From the NCBI GenBank assembly GCA_028710695.1, contig JAQTTP010000002.1, forward strand, positions 30,001 through 62,000: a stretch of DNA of 32,000 bases, written 5' to 3'. A program made the position numbers and the translations under genes. Origin of the DNA: Candidatus Iainarchaeum sp. GTDB lineage: Archaea > Iainarchaeota > Iainarchaeia > Iainarchaeales > 0-14-0-20-30-16. Within the stretch, counting starts at the first letter, position 1. Every line of letters begins with the position of its first letter. The notes below the pieces were generated by a model. That model worked only from the letters and a program-made list of their open reading frames with translations. It did not search any database and was not told where the DNA came from. Below are positions 9,099 to 17,360 of this stretch, piece after piece.

Positions 9099-9863
9099 AT
9101 GGAACAAAAAGGAATGTTTTCAGATTTAAACCCAAACACCTATAACGACTTTTACAAAAAAAATCTAAAAACCGTATTCTTAGCAATTCCAAGCAATTAT
9201 TTTTATTTAAGAGCAGACATAAGTGCTTTTGTTTTAAATCAAGGGCTTTGCCCCCTAAACCCATACATGAATTTCGATTATAACCTTCTAAATACAATCC
9301 CAAAAAAGATAACAAGAATTGCAAACAACAATCTAATAAAAAAATCAGATGAGTTGTGGGTTTTTTGTGAAGACCCCGAAAAACTCACAGATGGAGTTCT
9401 ATTTGAAATATATTTAGCAAACAAGGAAAACAAAAAAATAAAATATTTCCTGATTCCTGATTTTAAAGAATTAAAAATTAACCTGCAAGGAAGCAAAGAG
9501 CATTATGGAAACGAACTACTAAATGAAGACTGGAAAATAGTTTACACCGCAATGAGCAGCAAATTATTTTATTATAGGAATTTTATTTCAAAGTTCGCAC
9601 TTGACAATAAAGTAATTCCGCTAAATCCATTTACCTCTTTTGATTATTTTTTAGCAGATAAAACAAACAGGAATTCTATCTTGCTTGCAAATTCCAGATT
9701 TATTGAACTTGCAGACGAGTTGTGGAGTTTCGGCAAATTAAGTGATGGCATCCAAGCAGAAATAAAACTGGTAAAATCAATAGGAAAAAAAGTAAGATAT
9801 TTCAAAACAGATAAAAAGAATATTATTGAAATAAAAGAAGAAGATGCAGAATTGGAGAATTAA
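9099..9863 (+). CDS. Internally duplicated nucleoside 2-deoxyribosyltransferase-like protein
   Basis: N half AIPSNYFYLRADISAFVLNQGLCPLNPYMNFDY...IKKSDELWVF..LTDGVLFEIYLA and C half AMSSKLFYYRNFISKFALDNKVIPLNPFTSFDY...IELADELWSFGKLSDGIQAEIKLV are homologous. Confidence 0.55.
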   Translation: MEQKGMFSDLNPNTYNDFYKKNLKTVFLAIPSNYFYLRADISAFVLNQGLCPLNPYMNFDYNLLNTIPKKITRIANNNLIKKSDELWVFCEDPEKLTDGVLFEIYLANKENKKIKYFLIPDFKELKINLQGSKEHYGNELLNEDWKIVYTAMSSKLFYYRNFISKFALDNKVIPLNPFTSFDYFLADKTNRNSILLANSRFIELADELWSFGKLSDGIQAEIKLVKSIGKKVRYFKTDKKNIIEIKEEDAELEN

Positions 9864-10288
9864 ATTTTTTCATAAATCATCTTGATATGTTTAATTCCGG
9901 CATCATCAAATGGTTTTCCAACTTCTTTAAATCCAAGTTTTTTGTAGTAATCTAACAAATAGTATTGTGCGTTCATATAGATTTCATTGTAGCCTTTTTC
10001 TTTGGCCGCTTTTATCATTTCTTTTGTAACCACTTGTCCAAGATGTTTTCCCCTAAACTCTACTAACACAGCAACTCTTTCAAGTTTTGCTTTTCCACCC
10101 ACAAATCTTAATCTTCCACATGCAGCAGGTTTATTTTCATTATAAAGAATAAAATGGATTGCATCTTTATCAAAAGCATCTTTTTCTATTTCTTTAGAAA
10201 TTCCCTGGCCTTTAATAAAAACTTCTTCTCTTATTTTAAAAATAGCATTTAATTCTTCTTTTGTTTCTGCAATTTTTACAGTTATCAT
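9860..10288 (-). CDS. GNAT-family N-acetyltransferase
   Basis: VRFGK-like core GRLRFVGGKAKLERVAVLVEFRGKHLGQVVTKEMIKAAKEKGYNEIYMNAQ...YYKKLGFKEVG. Confidence 0.85.
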   Translation of the reverse strand: MITVKIAETKEELNAIFKIREEVFIKGQGISKEIEKDAFDKDAIHFILYNENKPAACGRLRFVGGKAKLERVAVLVEFRGKHLGQVVTKEMIKAAKEKGYNEIYMNAQYYLLDYYKKLGFKEVGKPFDDAGIKHIKMIYEKI

Positions 10289-10295
10289 TAAATCA

Positions 10296-10907
10296 CTAAA
10301 AGTATTTTACAATTTCGCCACTCTTTTTATCTCTAGATAATATCATTGCTTTTTTTACTTGTTCCAAATTCTTTCCTGTATATCTAAGCACATTTTCATG
10401 CTTAAAATCTTTGTTCCATGCCTGATCAGGCATTATTACTAATCCCCTGGGCCTATTTCTCAACCAATCAATAATATATTCGGGATAATCATCAACTAAA
10501 ATTTTTCCATAAACAAGGCCCTTATCTTCAGATATTGTAATACTAACATCATACTCTGCAAGATTTGTTTTTATCCATTCAACTTTTTCAGTATAGGCAT
10601 TAGGAGAACTCCTTGGCCCTTTTGTCAAAATGTTTATTGAAAAATCAAGTTCTCTTGCCAAATTTAATATATCAAAACCGGGTTTGTATTTTTCAAGCTT
10701 TGCCCACCAGCCTGGCTGATTTCTAATTAATTTAATTCTTGCTTTTAAAGCAGGGCTATTTTGTATTTTTGGACTAAAAGATTCATATTCCGGATCTCCA
10801 CTACTCTTTATCAAGTTATAATCCGCAATAATCGCCTTGTCATAATCACAAAGAGTGCCGTCTAAATCAAAAAGAGCAATATTGTCATGATTTTGTTCTT
10901 TTTCCAT
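10296..10907 (-). CDS. HAD-superfamily 5'(3')-deoxyribonucleotidase-like protein
   Basis: IALFDLDGTLCDYDKAI, ILTKGPRSSPNAYTEKVEW and KILVDDYPEYIIDW motifs. Confidence 0.65.
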   Translation of the reverse strand: MEKEQNHDNIALFDLDGTLCDYDKAIIADYNLIKSSGDPEYESFSPKIQNSPALKARIKLIRNQPGWWAKLEKYKPGFDILNLARELDFSINILTKGPRSSPNAYTEKVEWIKTNLAEYDVSITISEDKGLVYGKILVDDYPEYIIDWLRNRPRGLVIMPDQAWNKDFKHENVLRYTGKNLEQVKKAMILSRDKKSGEIVKYF

Positions 10908-10911
10908 AAAA

Positions 10912-11493
10912 TCACATCATATTCAATAGTCCATCTACTGCTGTTTTGTTTTCTTTTATTCCATCCTCTTCAGTAAAATGGCCTTTATTTCTCTCAACAA
11001 CTATTTTTGCACCTAATTTTTCTTTAAAAATCTCTGAATCATTAAATGGCACATAAGGATCATTGTTTGAAAATATACACAAGAATTCATTTGTGTGCGT
11101 TTTTATCTTTGAGAAATCAATAGGTGTTTCTACCCAAGGCTTTACAATTTTAACTGATTCTTCGCCTTCTTCCTTTATTGTATTTTCATCCAAATGCATC
11201 CAAGGAGCAATAAATACTACTCCGCCGATTTTTGTTTTTGAATCTAATTCTTGCAAAAATCTCATAATTGCTTGGCATCCAATTGAATGTCCAATAAAAT
11301 AAGTATCTTCATCTAATTTTCCAACATTTTTCTGCAAAAAGGGAATCCATTTCTCTATCTTTGGGCTTTCTGAATTTGGCATTTTTGGAACTATTACTTC
11401 AAAACCCTTTTTCTCAAGTTCTGCTTTCATCCAAGCATGCATTGCTTCCTTAGGGCTTCCGGCCCATCCGTGAACTATAATCACTTTTGTCAT
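10912..11493 (-). CDS. RBBP9/YdeN-like alpha/beta hydrolase
   Basis: IIVHGWAGSPKEAMHAWMKAELEKKGFEVIVPKMPNSESP, FIGHSIGCQAIMRFL nucleophile motif, C-terminal NKGHFTEEDG. Confidence 0.85.
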   Translation of the reverse strand: MTKVIIVHGWAGSPKEAMHAWMKAELEKKGFEVIVPKMPNSESPKIEKWIPFLQKNVGKLDEDTYFIGHSIGCQAIMRFLQELDSKTKIGGVVFIAPWMHLDENTIKEEGEESVKIVKPWVETPIDFSKIKTHTNEFLCIFSNNDPYVPFNDSEIFKEKLGAKIVVERNKGHFTEEDGIKENKTAVDGLLNMM

Positions 11494-11543
11494 AATATAT
11501 TATGTCCTATACAAATATATTTTTTTGCATAAGTATTTTTCCC

Positions 11544-11618
11544 TTAGGCTTACGACCCTCACCTTACCCGTCAGCCTAAAAGTTAGGCTTACATATATTT
11601 ATAAGGTTGTCAGCCTAA
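11544..11618 (+). promoter_or_regulatory. Duplicated operator and TATA box of fic gene 1
   Basis: TTAGGCTTAC(11544-53)-N16-GTCAGCCTAA(11570-79)-AAG-TTAGGCTTAC(11583-92)-N16-GTCAGCCTAA(11609-18). Second N16 is ATATATTTATAAGGTT (TATA). ATG at 11628. Confidence 0.8.
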
Positions 11619-11627
11619 TATTATATT

Positions 11628-12566
11628 ATGGGTTTAAGATCAAAAAAAGTTTCAGGAAAGGATTATTATTATTTAGATCTTAGCTACAGGCTATTACATA
11701 AAGCAAAAACATACAGCAAATATGTCGGATCTAATAAACCAACTGCACAAAAATTAAAATTGATCGAATCAAATTTTAAAGATGAAATAATAAAAAAATT
11801 GACAAAAACAGATTATGAGTGTAATTTAATTAGTAAAGATGATTTCATCAGAGCCATTTTGTTTAGAGATTTATTTTACAAAAAATATAAGGCACTAACA
11901 CCAACAAAAAGAAAAAAATACGACATAGATAACACAATAATCTTTACTTTAACTACTTTAACCACTGAGGATGTGCAAGTAAACTTAGAAGATGTAATTA
12001 ATGCTTATGAAAAAAACAAAGATCTAAACATTAAAGAACAAATAAGTAAAAACATGCTTAACGCAATAGAAAAACTTAAAGAAAACAAAACAATAACTCT
12101 TGATTACATATTGGGCCTACATGGCTTAATAATGAGTAATTTTGAATCAAAAACACCGGGACTTATAAGAAATAAACAAGTAAAAATACATAAAACAGAC
12201 AAAAATCATCCTTTAGGCGCAGAAATAGCATACAACCCACCGCACTATTCTACAATATTACCAAAACTTAAAGAATTTGTGGATTGGTTAAATAATTCAA
12301 AACTAAATCCTATTGAAAAGTCTGCGTTAGCACATTATAAAATGTATTTGATACATCCATTTTTAGATGGCAACAAAAGAACTTGCAGATTAATATTCAA
12401 CAAAATTCTTCTTAACAATTGTTTTCCACTAATTAACATCTCTCAAGACAAAGACAAATATTTTGACAGATTATTAGAATCAACAGAAAAGCAAGACCCA
12501 AAGTATTTCGTAAATTTTGTAAGAGAGCAATATTTGTTACAAACAAAGAAATTTTTAAACAGATAA
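11628..12566 (+). CDS. Fic-domain protein (paralogue 1)
   Basis: Fic motif HPFLDGNKRTCRLI; paralogue of the protein at 16230-17168 along its length. Confidence 0.9.
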   Translation: MGLRSKKVSGKDYYYLDLSYRLLHKAKTYSKYVGSNKPTAQKLKLIESNFKDEIIKKLTKTDYECNLISKDDFIRAILFRDLFYKKYKALTPTKRKKYDIDNTIIFTLTTLTTEDVQVNLEDVINAYEKNKDLNIKEQISKNMLNAIEKLKENKTITLDYILGLHGLIMSNFESKTPGLIRNKQVKIHKTDKNHPLGAEIAYNPPHYSTILPKLKEFVDWLNNSKLNPIEKSALAHYKMYLIHPFLDGNKRTCRLIFNKILLNNCFPLINISQDKDKYFDRLLESTEKQDPKYFVNFVREQYLLQTKKFLNR

Positions 12567-12582
12567 TTTGAGGAAGATCATG

Positions 12583-13593
12583 ATGGAAAAATTAACTTTT
12601 GCTTTTAGGGAATACAGCCCCTTATATTGGGCAATATTAGCAAATAATTCAAAAACTGATTACATTTTCATAACAAAGGGAAAAGATAGTGTTTGCTATT
12701 ATCTTGGCAGCCTAAAAAAGTTCGACAAAGTAAGAAAAAACCTACAACACAAAAAGTTTAGAGAAAAATTAATTCAAGACATAAAAAATAACAATAAATT
12801 ATTACAAAACTACAAACACGCACCTAATCTATCAAAACTAAATTTAAAAGAATTACAAAAGAGTTTCAAAGCAGGAATAGAACTTGCTTTAAAATGGCAA
12901 AAGACTTATCATTTAACAGAAGAAGAATATTGGAAGGGGTTAGAGGATTCTATTTCTGAATCAGAACAGAAAGAATTAACACACTTAAGATTTGAATCAA
13001 AAAAACTAATAAGAAAACATTGGAAACATTTGGTTCACGACATTCTAGAAGAAATTTCAAGAAAAACACAAATAGATTTGGATGATTTCTGGAATTATAC
13101 TTATGAGGAAATATTAAAATTACCAAAAAAGCCAAGCACAAAATCAATAAATTCTAGAAGAAAGGAATGGGGACTAATAAAAACAAAAAATAAAAAAAGA
13201 CTTATGACAAACAAAGAATTGCAAAAATATCAAAAACTAATAGCAAAAGAAACAAAATTAGAAAACAAGGAATTTTCTGGTTTACCTGTACACAAAGGAG
13301 AGGTTATTGGCATTGTTAAAGTAATAAGATCAAGAGATATAAATCAAGACAAGGTTTTTGATCTAAAAAATAAAATTCTTGTAACAGAAATGACCAAACC
13401 AGAGCTTGTTCCATTTTTAGGTGGCTGTTTAGGAATTATTACTGATGAAGGTGGATTACTTTGCCACGCATCTATTGTAGCAAGAGAGTTTAATATTCCA
13501 TGTATTGTTGGCACAAAAATAGCAACAAAAGTCCTAAAGAACAACACAAAAGTCAAGTTAGATGCAAATACTGGAAAGGTTTCAATACTTTAA
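12583..13593 (+). CDS. Protein with C-terminal PEP-utilising enzyme mobile (phosphohistidine swivel) domain
   Basis: KNKILVTEMTKPELVPFLGGCLGIITDEGGLLCHASIVAREFNIPCIVGTKIATKVLKNNTKVKLDANTGKVSIL. Track start 12568; ATG 12583 also possible. Directly follows fic gene 1. Confidence 0.8.
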   Translation: MEKLTFAFREYSPLYWAILANNSKTDYIFITKGKDSVCYYLGSLKKFDKVRKNLQHKKFREKLIQDIKNNNKLLQNYKHAPNLSKLNLKELQKSFKAGIELALKWQKTYHLTEEEYWKGLEDSISESEQKELTHLRFESKKLIRKHWKHLVHDILEEISRKTQIDLDDFWNYTYEEILKLPKKPSTKSINSRRKEWGLIKTKNKKRLMTNKELQKYQKLIAKETKLENKEFSGLPVHKGEVIGIVKVIRSRDINQDKVFDLKNKILVTEMTKPELVPFLGGCLGIITDEGGLLCHASIVAREFNIPCIVGTKIATKVLKNNTKVKLDANTGKVSIL

Positions 13594-13739
13594 CGTTTAG
13601 AAACAGGTTTATTATTATCTCCAAATAGCTTTTTTCTTAAAGTATCTTTAGAAATATAGTCTCCTGCTTTAATTCTTGCCCTTGCTTTTTCTATTGATTT
13701 TACTGCACTCAAGCTTAATTCTTTACACACAAGAATCAC
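13590..13739 (-). CDS. 49-aa small protein, antitoxin-like C-terminal pattern (not in ORF track)
   Basis: GTG start 13737-13739 overlaps the TGA of the upstream gene (GTGA). Translates VILVCKELSLSAVKSIEKARARIKAGDYISKDTLRKKLFGDNNKPVSKR*. Confidence 0.4.
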   Translation of the reverse strand: MILVCKELSLSAVKSIEKARARIKAGDYISKDTLRKKLFGDNNKPVSKR

Positions 13740-14155
13740 TTCTTAAAGAAACCATCAATCATTTTCTTTGCATCATCTAAAGTTTTATACTCTTTAATTA
13801 TAAAATACTTATTCCCGCCAACCATTGCAGAAAGCTTCTTTCCATCTTGGGGTCTATATAAGCAATACACTTTCTTTCCTAAAGACTCACCAATTCCAAG
13901 CTCATAACCAACACCCAAAGATGGTTGAGTTACTTCCGCAACAATAACATCTGCCTCTTTTATCCAGGACATATCTCTATTGTAAATATAATCTTCAGAA
14001 TGTGATTCCCCTTGAGATGAAAGGTTCTCATTTCCTATGTGCTCAGTTAGCACTTTTCCATATTTCCCAAGGTGGTTAATAATCTGCAGGTAGGTATCTT
14101 TATCATCTCTTCCGCCTCTAATTGATCCTGCAAAATATATTTTCATATTTATCAC
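13736..14155 (-). CDS. Nucleoside 2-deoxyribosyltransferase / DNPH1-like protein
   Basis: MKIYFAGSIRGGRDDKDTYLQIINHLGKYGKVLTEHI...DMSWIKEADVIVAEVTQPSLGVGYELGIG. Confidence 0.88.
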   Translation of the reverse strand: MINMKIYFAGSIRGGRDDKDTYLQIINHLGKYGKVLTEHIGNENLSSQGESHSEDYIYNRDMSWIKEADVIVAEVTQPSLGVGYELGIGESLGKKVYCLYRPQDGKKLSAMVGGNKYFIIKEYKTLDDAKKMIDGFFKK

Positions 14156-14629
14156 TTAAATCTCTGCAAATAAAACAACATAGTTCTTCCCATACTTCTT
14201 TGCGCATTTAGGGCAAGTTGTGTAATAGAAATAAATCTTCTTTGCTGTTTTGCCTTTTGCTTTCACATACTCTAACATTTCTTTATACCATTTTCCTGCA
14301 TCCCTATATGGGCCTTCAAATACTCTTGTTAAAAAAGTGCCAGAAATCTTTACATTTTCTATCCCGTTTACTTCTTTTCTTACTGCCAAGTATTGCTCGC
14401 TTTTCCAAGGAGAAACATCCAAGGTAAGAAGTAACCATTCTCTTGGATCTACTGCTGCTTTTGAGGCTTCTACCTTACTTACCATTCTCTTTATTACTGA
14501 ACCAAAATTCAGCGGAATATGGAAAAAGCAAGTTACTTTGTCTTTAACAAAAAGCTTGTCTTTCAATACTACTTCTCTGCCATTAAATGGCTTAGGATTA
14601 AACTTCGGACAACATATATCTTTATTCAT
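14156..14629 (-). CDS. Conserved hypothetical protein, possibly GyrI-like small-molecule-binding fold
   Basis: CCPKFNPKPFNGREVVLKDKLFVKDKVTCFFHIPLNFGSVIKRM; CPKCAKKYGKNYVVLFAEI C-terminus. Confidence 0.45.
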   Translation of the reverse strand: MNKDICCPKFNPKPFNGREVVLKDKLFVKDKVTCFFHIPLNFGSVIKRMVSKVEASKAAVDPREWLLLTLDVSPWKSEQYLAVRKEVNGIENVKISGTFLTRVFEGPYRDAGKWYKEMLEYVKAKGKTAKKIYFYYTTCPKCAKKYGKNYVVLFAEI

Positions 14630-14640
14630 AAAAAACCCCC

Positions 14641-15759
14641 TTACTTAGGAACATAATCTATTGTTTCTAGAGTTCCCAATTCATCTACCACTTGTTTAAA
14701 CACAATTTCTTTTCCTGCTGTACCATCTGACAAAATAGAGTATATTCCACTTGCACCCACATAATCTTTTACATTTAATAAATAATCATGAATACAATCT
14801 TTATTATCCCCACAATTCTTATATGCAGCATATTCTAAATGTATTGCATCATAAGCAACTCTTGCCAATACTGCCGGATTTTCATTATATTTATCTTTAA
14901 ATTTTTTTTCAAATTCAAACATATACTCTGATTCCGTCATCCCAGGAATTGCAATTACCATTCCAATTGCATTTTCTTTTGCAGTCTTAAATAAATCAGG
15001 ATTTTCCGCTTCTTCATAGGTTATTATTGGTTTATTAATTCCCATACTTTTTAGTTGATTTAACATAGATCCCAAATTGGGGCCCATATGGACAAGTTGT
15101 AAAACATCAGGATTTTTTTCAAGTATCTTTGTAAGTACATCTTTAAAGTCATATTGTTCCAAAGCTGTTTCTTCAAGTACCAATACTTTCCCACCTAAAT
15201 TTTCAAACTCTTTAGCAAAGTTTTTTCCATAGGATTTCCCCATATCAGTGTTATAATGAATTATTCCCACTGTATTTGCATCCCAATAATCTTTTGCAAA
15301 TTTAGCCTGCGCTTTTGCACTATATGCACTTGCAATATTTGGAGAGAAAACATATTCTCCCGAAGTTAGAATCATATCTGAAGCAGTAGAAATCTGCATT
15401 ACAGAAATTTTTTTTGGTTCAGTTACTGCCGAAATTGGAGGCATAGCAATAACACAGAAATTTCCACCTACAAAATCAATCTCATCAATTTCAACTAATT
15501 TTGATATCGCAGTAGTAGCATCTTTAGGATAACAGGCATCTTCATAAATTAATTCTATTTTACTTTTGTTTTCTGGATTTGCATTAATTTCTTCAACTGC
15601 CAAATCCAGCCCTTTCTTTATTTCTTCACCATAGCTTGCCATAGCGCCAGTCAAAGGTAGAGTAATACCTATTTTTACGCCATTATCTGGATTAGAACCC
15701 ACACACCCCGACAAAAGAATCAATAAAACTAGGCTAATAGAGATATATAGCTTAATCAT
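14641..15759 (-). CDS. LivK-like ABC substrate-binding lipoprotein
   Basis: Lipobox LLILLSGCVG, then VKIGITLPLTGAMASYGEEIKKGLDLAVEEIN; paralogue of the 1409-2521 protein. Confidence 0.88.
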   Translation of the reverse strand: MIKLYISISLVLLILLSGCVGSNPDNGVKIGITLPLTGAMASYGEEIKKGLDLAVEEINANPENKSKIELIYEDACYPKDATTAISKLVEIDEIDFVGGNFCVIAMPPISAVTEPKKISVMQISTASDMILTSGEYVFSPNIASAYSAKAQAKFAKDYWDANTVGIIHYNTDMGKSYGKNFAKEFENLGGKVLVLEETALEQYDFKDVLTKILEKNPDVLQLVHMGPNLGSMLNQLKSMGINKPIITYEEAENPDLFKTAKENAIGMVIAIPGMTESEYMFEFEKKFKDKYNENPAVLARVAYDAIHLEYAAYKNCGDNKDCIHDYLLNVKDYVGASGIYSILSDGTAGKEIVFKQVVDELGTLETIDYVPK

Positions 15760-15789
15760 AATATCACCAACAAAGAATAAGAGTTAGAA

Positions 15790-16074
15790 TTAACTCTTAA
15801 CTCTACAATTTCTTAAGTCTTTCAGTTCTGCAGCATATCTGCCATCAGGCGATGTTCTTAGAACTTTGCCATTATAGATTTCCATATAAGCTTTCTTTCC
15901 ATCTTCAAGCAAGAAATAGAATTTAGTTCCATATTCTTTCATTTCGGCCATAACTTCAGATGTTGAGATTATCTCTCTTGATAGCTTTTTATCTCCAGAT
16001 TCTGGGTTAATTACACCCACTTTCTCCAGTTTATTATCGCTGCTTAAAACAACACAAACAATTTCTTTTTCCAT
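15790..16074 (-). CDS. DUF3892-like small protein
   Basis: 94 aa ending KVLRTSPDGRYAAELKDLRNCRVK, reminiscent of DUF3892. Confidence 0.4.
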   Translation of the reverse strand: MEKEIVCVVLSSDNKLEKVGVINPESGDKKLSREIISTSEVMAEMKEYGTKFYFLLEDGKKAYMEIYNGKVLRTSPDGRYAAELKDLRNCRVKS

Positions 16075-16177
16075 AGTTCCACTCCCCTTAACTCTTTGAA
16101 ATATAATTAGTATTTGTTATTCTATAGGCTTTTTGAGAATTTATTCTTTTCTATCGGGGGGCAGAGTAGAAAACTTC

Positions 16178-16217
16178 GCAGGTAGGGACAAAGACTAAAC
16201 CGCAGAGGTTAGGAGAA
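16178..16217. repeat. Interspersed repeat copy 1
   Basis: GCAGGTAGGGACAAAGACTAAACCGCAGAGGTTAGGAGAA; related copies at 17317 and 17680. Confidence 0.5.
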
Positions 16218-16229
16218 AAGGGGGAAAAA

Positions 16230-17168
16230 TCATTTTTCCAAAAAAGTCTTAATTTGTTTAAAGTATTGTTCTTTTGAGAATTTTACAAAAAATTCTGGGT
16301 CTTGTTTTTCCGTTGATTTAATAAGACTATCAAAATATTGGCTTCTTTTATCTGAGATATTCATTAATGGAAACCCACAATCCAGCAGTATTTTGTTAAA
16401 AATCAGTCTACAAGTCCTTTTATTACCATCTAAAAAAGGGTGTATTAAATACAACTTGTAATGTGCCAAAACAGATTTTTCTAGAGGATTAAGTTTACTT
16501 CCCCTAACCCAAGCAACAAAATCATCAAGCAACTTAGTTATTTGTTCAGGTTTTGGTGGCTTATAACTTATTTCAATTCCAAGAGGATTTTTTTCATCCC
16601 TTTTGTGAATATATACATCTTTTGTTCTAATTAAACCGGGCGTTTTATTTTCAAATTCTTTCATAGTCAAGGAGTGTAGATCCAATAAATATTTTTTTGT
16701 AAACTCTTGTTTTTTCTTAATTTGCTCAACAGCATCAATCATGTTCTTACTAATCTTTTCTTTAGCGGTTAAACCATAATCTTGTTCATAAGCCCTAGCA
16801 ACATCATCCAAACTAACATCAACATCTTCAGTAGTTAAAGTTGTCAAGGTAAATAAAATTGTTGAGTCAATCTCATATTTTTTTCTCTTTGTTGGACTTA
16901 ATGCCTTGAATTTTTTGTTAAATGCATCTCTAAACAAAAAAGTTCTAATAACATCATCTTTACTTATTAAATTACAACCATATTTTTTACCAGATATTTT
17001 TTCTATTATTTTATCCTTAAAGTCTTCTTCCAGTTCCTTTATCTTTTTATTAGTTGGTTTTTTTAGACCAAGGTATTTGGCAAAGCTTTGCGATTTTGTA
17101 AGAACACGGTAACTTAAATTCAAATAGTAGTATTTTTTTCCAGCCCTAGTTTTTACTTTTAAACCCAT
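16230..17168 (-). CDS. Fic-domain protein (paralogue 2)
   Basis: HPFLDGNKRTCRLI motif. Track start 17216, but ATG 17168 gives MGLKVKTRAGKKYYYLNLSYRVL, matching paralogue 1 (MGLRSKKVSGKDYYYLDLSYRLL). Confidence 0.9.
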   Translation of the reverse strand: MGLKVKTRAGKKYYYLNLSYRVLTKSQSFAKYLGLKKPTNKKIKELEEDFKDKIIEKISGKKYGCNLISKDDVIRTFLFRDAFNKKFKALSPTKRKKYEIDSTILFTLTTLTTEDVDVSLDDVARAYEQDYGLTAKEKISKNMIDAVEQIKKKQEFTKKYLLDLHSLTMKEFENKTPGLIRTKDVYIHKRDEKNPLGIEISYKPPKPEQITKLLDDFVAWVRGSKLNPLEKSVLAHYKLYLIHPFLDGNKRTCRLIFNKILLDCGFPLMNISDKRSQYFDSLIKSTEKQDPEFFVKFSKEQYFKQIKTFLEK

Positions 17169-17178
17169 AATTATTATA

Positions 17179-17254
17179 TTGGTCCGACAAAAATATAAAT
17201 ATATGTCTGACCACACGTGTGGTCTGACAAATCACACCGCCATTGTTTGACCAC
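17179..17254 (-). promoter_or_regulatory. Duplicated operator and TATA box of fic gene 2
   Basis: Plus-strand reading: TTGGTCCGAC(17179-88)-N16(AAAAATATAAATATAT)-GTCTGACCAC(17205-14)-ACGT-GTGGTCTGAC(17219-28)-N16-GTTTGACCAC(17245-54). Includes perfect 16-bp palindrome GACCACACGTGTGGTC (17209-24). Confidence 0.78.
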
Positions 17255-17316
17255 ACAAGGATTGTACAATTTTTTTATTTTATATTTTTAATTACAAACT
17301 ATAAGGTAATAAAAAT

Positions 17317-17350
17317 GCAGGTAGGGGAAAAAGACTAAATCGCGGGGGTC
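17317..17350. repeat. Interspersed repeat copy 2
   Basis: GCAGGTAGGGGAAAAAGACTAAATCGCGGGGGTC, close match to copy 1. Confidence 0.5.
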
Positions 17351-17360
17351 ATGCTTATTT

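Noticed and set aside
9094-9324. 76-aa plus-strand ORF
   Set aside because: Overlaps the 9099-9863 gene in another frame with no supporting features.
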